This document shows, one piece after another, positions 14,231 to 30,830 of a stretch of DNA of 64,000 bases (positions are counted from its first letter, which is position 1; the number at the start of each line of letters is the position of its first letter). Made by a program: the position numbers and the translations under genes. The DNA is taken from assembly GCF_009914755.1 (NCBI RefSeq), contig NC_060932.1. One strand, written 5' to 3'. Below the pieces are notes generated by a model. The model did not search any database. It was given only the letters and a program-made list of their open reading frames with translations, and was not told the DNA's origin. This stretch comes from the human T2T-CHM13v2.0 reference genome, Homo sapiens.

Positions 14231-14979
14231 AAATTATTCCATGTCAGGAGTTTCTATATAAATAGAAATGCAAAACAAGCAAACAAGAAAAAGTGAACCT
14301 GCCTCATATAGAGACAACACAGTAAATTATTATAGAAATCCCTAAAGGCTACCAGGCTTGTACAACATTCTAAGACAGTGCTAAAACTGTGCTCAAATTA
14401 AGAATAGCTAAGAAGAAATACTAACAAAAATAAGTAGAATAAACAAAGGCATAAATAGAAAAAATAACTTTTTAAAATTAAAATAATGGAATAATTACAT
14501 CTTCAATAAATAATGTGTCAATTTATTTATAACCCTTATATTTTGATATCAAATATATATTTTCCCATACCCCATATTTACTTAAATGTGATTGAAAAGC
14601 TAAATCTAATATTATTATTTCTTTTATCACAACTGCTTGCATTTTAATAGAAAAGAGATGCTCCAAATTAGAGTATGTTTCTTATAATATGGTTTAAAAT
14701 AAAAGCAAAATAAATCAATATACAAAATATAGAAATATATAATATACACATAAATTAAGATATAACGGAAGATAATACATGATATAAGAGTATATCGATA
14801 TCATTATTAGGCAAATGCTAAAGGTTTGGGAGAGACCAAAATATTTCCAGCAGACTGTAATTTATGTGAAGAATCATTTTACGATAGAATTTTATATCAA
14901 TGGCAGGTATTAGTAGAAACTATTGTAAGAACGCCAAAGTAACCACTTTTTTAAAAAGTTACATTTTAGGGAGGCCATT

Positions 14980-15347
14980 TGTCTTTATCTGTTTTCTGTT
15001 GCTATAACTGAATACCACAGTCTGAGTAGTTAATAAGGAACAGAGGTTTAACTATTAGCTCATGGGTCTGGAGACTGTGAAGTCCAAGAGCATGATGCTA
15101 GCATGTCGTGAAGGTCTACCAGTTGTGTCATAACACAGAGGGAAGCATCACAAGGAGAGATAGCAAGCATAGTAACTCAGGTCTTTTTCTTCTCTTTATA
15201 AAGCTAATAAACCCATCACGGGGCCCCATCCTGATGACCTTATCTAATTCTAATTGGCTCCCCAAGTCCCTACCTCTTATCAACATATAAATTTGGTTAT
15301 TAAGTTTGCAACACATACAATTTTGGAGACATATTCAAACCATAGTA
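14980..15347 (-). mobile_element. MST-type (ERVL-MaLR) solo LTR
   Basis: TGTCTT...GCTATAACTGAATACCAC...GAAGTCCAAGAGCATG...ATTCAAACCATAGTA. 5-bp TSD CCATT/CCATC. Confidence 0.85.
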
Positions 15348-16144
15348 CCATCTTAGTAAAAAGAGGTGTCTCTGCATTTTCTGACTATAATTATATCCAT
15401 TTTCATTTTTAAAGTAATTTTTCTTAAAAAGGTTGATTGCTTTACATTTTATTAAGTAATTTAAAATTAATATGGTTATTTTTTTACTGTAACACTTTAG
15501 AATTAAATTAGTATAAAAGTTTAGTCTCTTCCTAAGCTACAAGCTTCTGAAAATATGTTTTTAGTTTTTCCTCTGATAATAGAACTTTAATTCCCTGGTG
15601 ATTTTTAAAAAACGTTACAGGCCGTGCACTTAGGTTTTAGTGTTGCTGCTCTGGGTGAGAACTAAGGTTCAGCCATTCCTCGTTCTGTCTATGAACATGC
15701 CAGAGAGAACACATCAGAAGGAAGTCACTGCCATCCACAAAGCTAATCCCAGCAACTTCAAATCCAGCTTCCTGTCTTAAAAATATAATAATCGTCATTG
15801 ATTAAAAACATAATTTTATTTTTTATTTTTGTTATCTAATAACATTTTCTTGGTTTATTAATATTTTATCACATATCCTTTTGTGAAAGTGACTCCCATA
15901 AATTCCCCATCTGTTATATAAAGTACTTATTTCCCTTTTACCAAGACATCTTTCAAGTGCCAAGTATTAATTAATTAATTCTCATGTTTCAAAATTTGTT
16001 TCATTGACCTATATTTGCTCTTAAAAGTTCAAAGACATCATTGTTTCATACTCTTTTCTTGTTTTGTTTTTTTTTCCAAGGAGAGGTTTCTGATTCTTTT
16101 AGCTAGATCTTGTCTAGAGATACCTATGTTCTTCATCTTTCGCA

Positions 16145-16181
<37 letters not shown>

Positions 16182-16654
16182 TTGCTTTAAGTTCTGGGAT
16201 ACATGTGCAAAATGTGCAGGTTTCTTACCTAGGTATACGTGTACCATGGTGATTTCCTGCACCTATCGACCTGTCCTCTAAGGTACCTCCCCTGACCCTT
16301 AAACCCTCAACAGGCCCTGATGTGTGTTGTTTCCCACCCTGTGTCCATGTGTTCTCATAGTTCAACTTCCATTTGTGAGTGAGAACATGTCAGTGATAGT
16401 TTGCTGAGGATGATGACTTCCAGTTCATCCATGTCCCTGCAAAGGACATGATCTCATTTCTTTTTATGGCTATGTAGTATTCCATGGTGTATATGTACCA
16501 CATTTTCTTTATTCAGTCTGTCATTGGTGGGCATTTGGGTTGGTTCCACGACTTTGCAATTGTAAATAGTGCTGCAGTAAACATACGTGTGCATGTGTCT
16601 TTATAGCTGAATGATTTATAATCCTTTGGGCATATACCCAGTAATAAGATTTAA

Positions 16655-19852
<3,198 letters not shown>

Positions 19853-22073
19853 TGTCTGGATCAAATGGTATTTCTGATGCTAGATCCTTGAGGAATTGCC
19901 ACATTGTGTTCCAAAATGGTTGAACTAATTTACATTCTCACCAACAGTGTAAAAGTATTCCTATTTCTCCACAGTCTCTCCACCATCTATTGTTTCTTAA
20001 CTTTTTAATAATCACCATTCTAACTAGCATGAGATGGTATCTCATTGTGGTTTGATTTGCATTTCTGTAATGATCAGTGATCTTGAGTATTTTTTTTCAC
20101 ATGTTTTTGGCCACATAAAAGTCTTCTCTTGAGAAGTGCCTGTTCATATCCTCTGCACACTTTTTGATGGGGTTGTTTGTTTTTTTCTTGTAAATTTGTT
20201 TAAGTTCCTTGTAAATTCTAGATATTAGACCTTTGTCAGATGGGTAGGTTGCAAAAGTTTTCTCCAATTCTGTAGGTGGCCTGTTCACTCTGATGATAGT
20301 TTATTTTGCTGTGCAGAAGCTCTTTAGTTTAATTAGATCTCATTTATCAATCTTGGCTTTTGTTGCAATTGCTTTTTGCATTTTTGACATGAATTCTTGG
20401 CTTATCCCTATGTCCTGAATGATATTGCCTAGGTTTTCTTCTAGGGTTTTTATGATTTTGGGTTTTACATTCAAGTGTTTAATCTATATTGAGTTAATTT
20501 TTGTTTAAGGTGTAAGGAAGTAGTCCAGTTTCACTTTTCTGCAAATGGCTCACCAGTTTTCCCAGCATCATTTATTAAATAGGGAATCCTTTTCCCATGC
20601 TTGTTTTTGTCAGGTTTGTCGAAGATCAGACAGTTATAGATGTGTAGTATTATTTCTGAAGTCTCTGTTCTGTTCCATTGCCTGTTTTGATACCAGTACC
20701 ATGCTGTTTTGGTTACTGTAGCCTTGTAGTATAGTTTGAAGTCAGGCAGCCTGATGCCTCCAACTTCATTCTTTTTCCTTAGGATTGTCTTGGCTATAGA
20801 GGGTCTCCTTTGATTTCACATGAAATTTGAAGTAGTTTTTCCTAATTTTGTGAAGAATGTCAATGGTAGTTGGATGGGAATAGCATTGAATCTATAAATT
20901 AATTTGGGCATTGTGGCCATTTTCATGATATTGATTCTTCTTATCCATGAGGATGGAATATTTTTCCATTTGTTTGTGTCCTCTCTTATTTCCTTGAGCA
21001 GTGGTTTGTAGTTCTCCTTGATGAGGTCCTTCACATCCCTGTTAGCTGTATTTCTAGGTATTTTATTCTCTTTGTAGCCATTGTGAATGGGAGTTCATTC
21101 ATGATTTGGCTCTCTGCTTGTCTATTGTTGGTGTAAAGGAATGCCTGTGATTTTTGCAAATGGATTTTGTATGTTGAGACTTTGCTGAAGTTGCTTATGA
21201 GTTTAAGGAATTTTTTGGCTGGGATGATTGGGTTTTCTAAATATAGAAATATGTCATCTGCAAAAAGAGACAATTTGACTGCCTCTCTTCCTATCTGAAT
21301 ACGCTTTATTTCTTTCTCTTGCCTGATTGCCCTGGCCAGAATTTCCAATACTATGTTGAATAGGAGTGGTGAGAGAGGGCATCCTTGTCTCATACCGGTA
21401 TTCAAAGGGAATGCTTCCAGCTTTTGCCCATTCAATATTATATCTGTTGTGGGTTTGTCACAAATAGCTCTGATTATTTTGAGATATGTTCCATCAATAC
21501 CTAGTTTATTGAGAGTTTTTAACATGAAGTGATGTTGAATTTTATCAAAGGCCTTCTCTGCATCTATTGAGATTATCACGTGTTTTCTGTCATTGGTTCT
21601 GTCAATGTGATGAACACATTTATTGATTTAGGTATGTTGAACCAGCTTTGCATCCCAGGGATGAAGCTGACTTGATCATGGTGGGTAAGTTTTTTGATGT
21701 GCTGCTGGATTCGGTTTGCCAGTATTTTATTGAAGATTTCACATCAATATTCATCAGGGATATTAGCCTGAAGTTTTGTTTTTTTATTGTGTCTCTTTCC
21801 AGTTTTGGTATTAGGATTACACTGGCTTCATAAAATGAGTTAAGGAGGAGTCCCTCCTTTTGGATTGTTTGGAATAGTTTCAGAAGGAATGGTACCAGCT
21901 CCTTTTTGTACCTCTGGTAGAATTCAGCTGTGAATTTCCCTGGTCCTGGGCTTTTTTTGGTTGGTAGGCTATTAATTACTGCCTCAATTTCAGAACTTGT
22001 TATTGGTCTATTCAGGGATTAGACTTTTCCTGATTTAGTCTTGGGAGGGTGTATGTGTCCAGGAATTTATTTA

Positions 22074-22187
<114 letters not shown>

Positions 22188-25100
22188 TTATTTGATTCTA
22201 CTCTCTTTTCTTCTTAGTTTAGCTAGCAGTCTATCTATTTTGTTTTTTCAAAAAACCAGCACCTGGATTTATTGATTTTTGGAGGGATTTTGTGTCTCTA
22301 TCTCCTTCAATTCTGCTCTGACCTGAGTTATTTCTTGTCTTCTGCTAGCTATTGAATTAGTTTGCTCTTGCCTCTCTAGCTCTTTTAATTGTGATGTTAG
22401 GGTGTAGATTTGAGATCTTTCTAGCTTTCTGATGTGGGCATTTAGTGCTATAAGTTTCCCTCTAAACACTGGTTTAGCTATGTCCCAGAGATTCTTGTAC
22501 ATTGCACCTTTGTTCTCATTTGTTTTGAAGAACTTCTTGATTTCTGCTTTAATTTCATTATTTAACCAGGAGTCATTAAGTAGCAGTTTGTTCAGTTTCC
22601 ATGTAATTGTGTGTGTTTGAGTGAGTTTCTTAATCCTGAGTTCTAATTTTATTGCAGTATGGTCTAAGAGACTGTTTGTTATGATTTCAGTTCTTTTGCA
22701 TTTTCTCATGAGTGTCTTACTTCCACTTATGTGGTTGATTTTATAATAAATGCCAAGTGGCATTCAGAATAATGTATTTTCTGCTGATTTGGGGTGGAGA
22801 GTTCTGTAGATGTCTATTAGGTCCACTTGATCTAGAGCTGAGTTCAAGTCCTGAATATCCTTGTTAATTTTCTCTCATTCATCTTTCTAATATTGACAAC
22901 TGGGTGTTAAAGTCTCCTATTATTGTGTGGCAGTCTAAGTTTCTTTGTAGGTCTCTAAGAACTTGATTTATGAATCTGGATGCTCCTCTATTGGGTGCAT
23001 ATATATTTAGGATAGTTAGCTCTTCTTGTTGCATTGATCCCTTTATCATTATGTAATGCTCTTCTTTGTCTTTTTAAATCTTTGTTGGTTTAAAGTCTGT
23101 TTTTTCAGAGACTAGGATTGCAACCCCTACTTTTTTTTTTCCATCTCCTTGGTAAATTTTCTTCCATCCCTTTATTCTGAGCCTATGTGTGTCTTTGCAC
23201 ATGAGATGGTTCTCCTGAATACAGCACACTGATGGGTCTTGACTCTTTATCCAATTTGCCAATCTGTGTCTTTTAATTGGGGCATTTTGCCCAGTTACAT
23301 TTAAGGTTGGTATTATTATATGTGAATTTGATCCTGTCATCATGATGTTATCTGATTATTTTGGCCATTAGTTGATGCAGTTTCTTCATAGTGTCATTGG
23401 TCTTTATATTTTGGTGTGTTTTTGCAGTGGCTGGTACCCGTTTTTCCTTTCCATATTTTGTGCTTCTTTTGGGAGCTCTTGTGAGGCAGGCCTGGTGGTA
23501 ACGAAATCTCTCAGCATTTGCTTGTCTAGAAAGGATTTTATTTCTCCTTTGTTTATGAAGCTTAGTTTGACTGGATATGTAACAATGTTGAATATTGGCT
23601 CCCAATCTCTTATGGCTTGTAGAATTTCTGCTGAGAGATCCACTGTTAGTCTGATGGGCTTCCCTTTGTAAGTGACCTGGCCTTTCTCTCTGGCTGCCCT
23701 TAGCAGTTTTTCCTTCATTTCAACCTTGGAAAATCTAATGATTACGTGTCTTGGGGTATATCTTCTCATAGAGTATCTTAGTGTTGTTCTCTGCATTTCC
23801 TGAATTTGCATGGTGGCCTTTCTTGCTAGATTGGGGAAGTTCTCCTGGATATTATCTTGAAGTGTGTTTTTCAGCTTGTTTCCATTCTCCCTGTCTCCTT
23901 CAGGTACTCCAGGTTTGGACTTTTTATGAAGTCCCATATTTCTCAGAGGCTTTGTTCATTCCTTTTCATTCATTTTTCTCTGGTTTTTTCTGTATGGCTT
24001 ATTTCAGCAAGGTGGTCTCCAAACAATGATATCCTTTCTTCCATTTGGTTGACTTGGCTATTGATGCTTGTGTATGCTTCACAAAGTTCTCGTGCTGTGT
24101 TACGCAGCACCATCAGTTCATTTGTGTGTATGTTCTTCTCTAAACTGGTTACTCTAGTTAACAGTTCCTCTAACCTTTTATCAAGGTTTTTAGCTTCTTT
24201 GCATTGTGTTAAAACATGCTCCTTTAGCTCAACATACCGTTTCTGATTCTTTTAGTTTTTTCTTATCTAGTGACACCTATTTATTATCTTTCTCACACTA
24301 TTGTTTTTAAATAATGTCATTTGCACTCCATTTTTTTTGACAGGTGTGAGTAAAGCATAGTTTTCTCAAAATATTTTTAAATAATTTCATATGATTCTGT
24401 AATTTATCTTATAATTCTCAAAATGTTTGTTTATTCTTTTGTTTAAAAAGTTATATTCTCACTATTTTTTAAAGATATTTCTAAAACAATGCAAGATTAT
24501 TATTTAGGTCAAATAAGTATTTATCAGCAATGTGATTTGGTAATAGAAAGATTCAGTCACTTTATCTCATTAAGAATTTAATATGTACACAAAAGCTATC
24601 TAATTCTGTTTTCCAATATTTGGAGTGAAAAAAATTCACACATATACAAAATAAACCAACATCTTATATTTATCTCTCTCAAAATATATTTTTGGGGTAT
24701 TATTTCCTCATTAAAGTGAGTCTAAAAGCAATATATTTATGAATGATTATGGATTTCCATGTTGCAGAAATTTGTTCCCCTTTAAGCTGAGTCAGAAGAT
24801 AATCCAAATATACTGAAAATAAGCACTGGAAAAGCATAGCTGTTTTAAATCCTAACATTTTAATTTACTGTAGTAATTTTAATAAAAATGTGAGAGTACA
24901 TCTATATTAGGAAAATCTACCTATCATATGCAAATAAATCTTTATGAATTGTGAATAAATCGAATGCTTAAAAATATTATGTTTAATAATGACATCTTCC
25001 ATAATAATATCTGGTTAGTAAAATTTTATATGGACACCCATAACATAACATATCCTTAATGTAAGAAAAAAGCTAGAAAATGGGTTTTGTTGCACAAATA

Positions 25101-25567
25101 ATTTGGTGCCAATCTCAAGGATTCATCCCTTAGAATGAGAATTACTTTTAATGCTCTATTTAGCTTAAATTCCTTCAGGTCTATTTCAGGTTTTTCCATA
25201 ACCTTTCTAGACTTAATTTGTTTAGATTTCTGTTTACAGAAATGTTCTGCCTTGCAAATTTACATAGTATATGATTGTAAAACTGTTTGACCTTCCAAAA
25301 CCTTATATTACTGTTTTAAAAGTAAAAATATAATTTTAATGTCAGAAGAAGCCCAGATGTCATCTCCTTCTGAAGCCTTCATCCACTAAGAAATATTATG
25401 GAAAAGTTTTCCAGTGGCCTTCAAATTGATTTAGAATATATTTTTAATGATACAGTGGCATAGATAGTTTGCAGTGCCAGTTTTCAATACATCATTTCAC
25501 TACTAATGAAATTAACAATATTTTAACTGTCATGCATTATTTTATTAACAATAATAATATTGTTCTT

Positions 25568-25776
25568 AATGAGAACACATGAACAAAGGGAGGGGAACAA
25601 CATACACCAGGGCGTGTGGGGAGAGGAGGGCAAGGGGAGGGAATTTAGTGGACTGATCAATAGGTGCAGCAAACCACCATGTCACATGTATACCTATGTA
25701 ACAAACCTGCACTTTCTGCACATGTATCCCGGAACTTAAAGTAAAATTTAGAAAAAAAGAAAGAAAAGAAAAGAAT
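25568..25776 (+). mobile_element. Short L1PA8-like 3' end
   Basis: 3' UTR plus A-rich tail. 18-bp TSD AATAATAATA(T/G)TGTTCTT at 25550-25567 and 25777-25794. Confidence 0.9.
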
Positions 25777-26949
25777 AATAATAATAGTGTTCTTGCTATT
25801 TGTGCTATTTTTTTTTTAGAATAATATCAAAATCTATTATTAACATTGTTTCTTATGGAAACTCAGCAGCATATATCAAACACTCTCTACCTCCTGTTAC
25901 TTAACCTTTGCATATTTTAAATAATTGAATTGATATGTTCTATTGCTCAACATTCATTTTTAGTAAAAGTAGAGAAAGTGAAGATTACAGATATGCTCAG
26001 CAGTAACTGCTGAAATCCATAAGCACCCAACTTTTCTGGACCAAGTTGCTCTGTGTTCTTACTATATCCAGACAAGTCCTATTTCTGGAAAATGTGGTTG
26101 GACAGGGCTGTAATGTTTACAAGTGTGTCAACATATTTATATTGTTTGAAATGGATTTGGAGCAAGTCAAGTTTTTGAATATTTAAGGAACATATCTACT
26201 TGATTTACTAACCGTAAGTTATACAATTTCATTTTTATTTGTTTTTGCCCTTCCAGCTTGGGGACTTTAAAATTTTGTCACATACATGATTGAAGGAATG
26301 TTCAGCCAAACTTTATCTGAAATATTTCCTATTAACTCATATTTATGTAAATAATAAAATTAGAAGCATGCAAAATTTACCTTTGGGATTATATCCCATA
26401 ACTGGCTCTTGTCAAAATTGACGTTGTTCATAATTTTTTGTAAAACTATTGAGAAAATTTTTTATAGTGTTCCAATTCATTGTGATGAAGAGTAGTTGAG
26501 AGAGAAATAATGCACTCCTGTGGTATGTTTTCTTTTCCAAGGATATATCTAAAGATATAGATAAATAAACACATACATACACAACTATATGTGTATATGT
26601 GTGTTTTATCATTGTGTCTTGGAGGTATTGGTTAAAATGGTTTTTAAATAATAGCTACATTTTTGATAGTTTTTAAATCAAAACATGGAATAATATTCAA
26701 TTTTGCTGTAGTATTATTACAATATAATCTATTAACTGTTTGCACTGGATAACAGCCTGTGGGCTTCATAGAAACTAAGACAAGTTTTCTGACTTTATTC
26801 ATGGCTACCATTTATTTCTGGAAATAATCTTATTTTTGTTTCTGTAAATGCATTTATACTTCAGTTATTCATTATGTACTAAGTATTACTTAGTTGTTGT
26901 ATGTCTAATTAACATGGATTACTGAATTAGTTGGTCAAGAGAAAGAGTA

Positions 26950-27165
26950 GTGATGTGTTAATAGAATGAACTAGCCTGATGTTACCTGAACTTGAATTCT
27001 GGCCCAATTAATATCAACAATATCTCAATGGTATATTATCTTAAGTATCTTCAGAATCCTTACCTTTAAATCAGGAATTATAATTATAGCCACATTATGG
27101 GGTTACTATTATCAATAAGTCTGTTTAAACTAGTCACTTTGTAAGCATTCAATACATGTTAGTGA
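26950..27165 (+). mobile_element. MIR (diverged)
   Basis: ACCTGAACTTGAATTCTGGC...GTAAGCATTCAATACATGTTAG. Confidence 0.5.
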
Positions 27166-29399
27166 TTTCTGACTCTAAATTGCTTGTGGAATAAATGCTA
27201 CCCTTGAAGTGATATCAGTCATGCTAACAATGGCAATTCCCTTATTTTTTATCCAGTGTCATTCTCACTTTTTCTGAATAATATAACTTTCTGGCAATTC
27301 TGAAGACTTAGATTTATTTTACCTTAGTCCAAATAGGCATTAGAATAAGTTGTCCTCCCAGGCTTGGAATCAGGGAACTGTCTTCTGAGCAAGTGCTTGC
27401 TTGACACTAAGAGGATGGATTTATTTCTCTGGTGGTGAGATGACATTTGATCATATTTGTAACTTTTGAAGATTGCTTTTCTCTGGGCATGGTATGAACT
27501 CAATTACAACTACATACAGTATGTAAAGGAAATTGAGAGAGGGTCAAGATCAGAAATAAGGCTACTACTCAGTGGTAGGTAATATGCAGAAACCTGTATT
27601 TGGGCAAGGGGAGCTTACCTGGCCTCCCTTGGGCCTTCTGTTGCATGGAATCAAGAGCAGAAATGGACATATAGCCTTGGCCTGTTAACCCTTAGAGTTC
27701 TCCTCTTTCTCCACTGCCCTCAGTCACCAGAAGTCTTCTGAGGATACTAATTGACTCCATCATGTACAATTCCTAAAACTTGCTGAATCATCTGCTTATG
27801 TTGTATGTCAGTGGGAGAAAGAGGCCAGTCATGCAGTGCAGATAGCTTCTTCAAAAAGGATAGTGTATGTGACAGGCAATTTTATTGTAAAAACTTGCTT
27901 AATAAAACAATTCAAACAGAATGAATAAGATAGTATTATATAGTATTATCCTTTGTCCACATTCTCACACTGAATTTGCAAATCCTGTCAGGACTGTTTG
28001 TTCAGTACACTCTTTATGGGCTTCAGCCTCTTGACTTAGGGGCATATAGCTGATGAAGCTGTAGTTGGTCGATACCAATTATGTGAATGGGATCAAAACA
28101 CCAAGAATGCAATTTTCAATTTTTCTCATTGGACTTTAAGTGTTGTTCTTAGTAGGCATCATTTTCAGATTCTTTTTCTGCTTGGAGAGGTTTTAAGCTT
28201 GCACACATTGAAATGTATGAGAGCAAAGTGCTACAAACTAGAGCACAGTTACAAAATGGTAGTGGCTCTGTCTACCATTTCTACCAACACCCTTCGGAGG
28301 CAGTCTATCTCTATTGTTTTCCATTGTTTACCAGCCCCTAATCTGACCAATGGTCCTCAAGCGCAACATCCTAGGGCTCTGGTGACGTGGAAGCATTGGG
28401 CTGCGGCCCTGGAATGAGAATAAAGGTGAGACCAGATCCAGGTATGTGCTCGCAGCTCCAACCAGCTTAAAGACTTGCAGACAGTAAATGACCCGCAGGT
28501 AAGCAGCCTTCCCATCTGCATTGGGAATCCATCCCAATGACTCTGAGAACAGGTGTTTATTCGCTACAGTAATGTGAAAACACAATGTAAATAAAACTAA
28601 ACAAATACTTAAATTTCGTTTGGTTTATCTTCTCCCTTATACTTTTGTTTTAGGAGAAATGCTTTCAAGTAAAAAAAAGTCATACTCATCTCAACAAAAG
28701 ATTAAATGCCATAGAAAATATTTACTAATTGATCTGATAATTTTTGAACTAATATAATAAATTATAGACATTAAAATTTTATCAAATTTGAGTGCAGAAA
28801 TAATAACCTATTTTGGCCAGAATACCAATTTGCTTTGTATTTACATAAGATTGGAATTATGCAGGTTACATGCTTATGTTTTTTTGATGTTGAAATATTA
28901 ACTAATACATTGAACATTATAGAGGATATAGTTTTTTTTTAAATGTCATTTATGGAAGAGAATTACATACAAAAGGAGAGAGGGATGTGTTTTATTACAT
29001 ATATAAATAATGGCTCTGAGATACACCATGCTCAATCATTTTCATAATCCATTTTTCCAGTAATGTTAAGTAAATAAAAACATATTTCATTAGGGTATAT
29101 GTACACATCGCATAATTTTATATAGTTTAAAACTATTCATTGTTATTTGTAGTTCTTATACATAATACATAACCTGTTTACTATTTAACTGAAATGTGTA
29201 AAACTGACAGCAATGCTATTTTTGGATTGTGAGAAGAAATTTATTTTTGAAGTATTTTTTGAGTGTTGTACTATTTTGTAAAACAACGAGAGAGGAGGAC
29301 CGAAAGCCTCAGAATGAGCCAGCAATGCTAAGAATTCTTTGTCAAAACTCACTTTTTAGGAATTCCCAACCTATTTCCAACTGCCTTGCATTAAATGCC

Positions 29400-30830
29400 A
29401 TTTATATGCCAATGATTCTAAATTTATTCAGAGCTCTCCCTTGCATTTCAAACAAATACTTTTAGTGCCTTCTGGATGATTCCATGTGGATGCCTAATGA
29501 ATACCTCAAATACAACCAACACAACATGTCCTCTGACTCTGCAGACACACACCTCAGTCAAGAGATGTTCTGACTTTTCAGTTGCTCTTGCCCAAGACCT
29601 TGGAGTCACTCCTGAAATGTTTTATCATGACCCATATCTGACACATCAGCAAAACATATCTGGAACCACTGTTGTGACACTGGTGTTAGAAACAAATGCT
29701 TGTTCCTTGGTACCAAAAAGAAGAAATAGCACTTGAACATAAATTTAATTTTCTCGGCAAGACAATCTTTACTTCTATAGAAGGGTGTGACTTGCATATG
29801 GAGTAAAGGTGAGGGCACACATGGACAGGGAGGGTAAGGGGTTCTTATTCCTGATGTAGGTAGTCCCTACTGCTGTGTCATTCCCCTATTGGCTAGGGTT
29901 GGACCCCACAGTGTAAGCTAATTCTTATTGGCTATTTTAAAGAGAGCAGGGATACAAGCTGGAGTGGCGGGGTGGGTAGTTTGGTGGGAAGGGCAGTTAC
30001 AGAACAGGTGACTCAGGATGATTCAGGTCAGAGCAGGTGACCAGAGGTGACTCAGGTCAAAGCAGGTGACCAGGGGAACAGATGTGAACTACTGATTAGA
30101 GCTGGTGGGAAAGTTGTGAAACTAGAAGCAAGGGGTCAAAGAGGACAAGGAAGTTAAACTTTAAAATAGAGAATCAAAGAATAAGAGAGCTGAACATACT
30201 GACACACTGATTCCTTGAAGAGAAACTTGGAGTTCACTATATCTAACACTGGTCATCCTCAGCCCTCAACTGTGTCAGTCTCACATTTCCCACCTGGTTC
30301 CCACTTTGACCTTTGCCTCCTATCAGTTTCCAGTTTGACTCCAAGTAAAATACAAAGTTCTCAGGGCCCTCTGTAAGATCTGTCCCCCAACACCCTCAGG
30401 CATGCCCTATCTGCTCTAGTCTTTTGCTACCCACCCAATAACTCAGACCAATTCCACTGTTCTGTTTAGGCATACACAAGCCTGAGGTCCTTTGAATTTG
30501 TTGCCTTCCTCTCCAAATAGCTTAAATAGTTTACTCTTTTACTTCACGCCTATTTTCAAATGTCACCTCCTGAAGATCATTTTTCCTATTATGCTTTATA
30601 AATGGCAATGCCCCAAAGGATAGTACTCCCTACTGCATTTAACCAGTTTTATCATTGCCTGACATATTATGATTAAGCATTTTCTTATTTGCTTTATGGT
30701 TTGTCTTGGTCCCACTCAAACCAAAGCTCCACGAGGGAGAGATGTCATCTGTTTTGCTTAGTGCTATGTCCCCACACTGGAACAGCGCCTGGCACACAGC
30801 AGGCTTGCAATCCATTTTTTGGTTGAATGC
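29400..30830 (+). mobile_element. L2 fragment interrupted by an LTR10C-like solo LTR
   Basis: L2 motifs on both sides of the LTR (GACCTTGGAGTCACTCCTGA; CAAATGTCACCTCC; GCCTGGCACACAGCAGG...GTTGAATG 3' end). Confidence 0.7.
29684..30248 (-). mobile_element. LTR10 (LTR10C-like, ERV1/HERV-I) solo LTR, 565 bp
   Basis: Perfect 7-bp terminal inverted repeats TGTTAGA...TCTAACA and 4-bp TSD CTGG (29680-29683, 30249-30252). Minus strand begins TGTTAGATATAGTGAACTCCAAGTTTCTCTTCAAGGAATCAG. Confidence 0.88.

Noticed and set aside
16103-16145. Apparent 3' transduction between the L1 tail and a 17-bp TSD
   Set aside because: The segment aligns with the right flank (24256-24296) and has no second poly(A), so it is part of one long TSD.
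30001-30075. Short repeated units resembling a CRISPR or designed array
   Set aside because: Internal tandem repeat of an LTR10-type LTR, with no unique spacers or cas genes, in human DNA.
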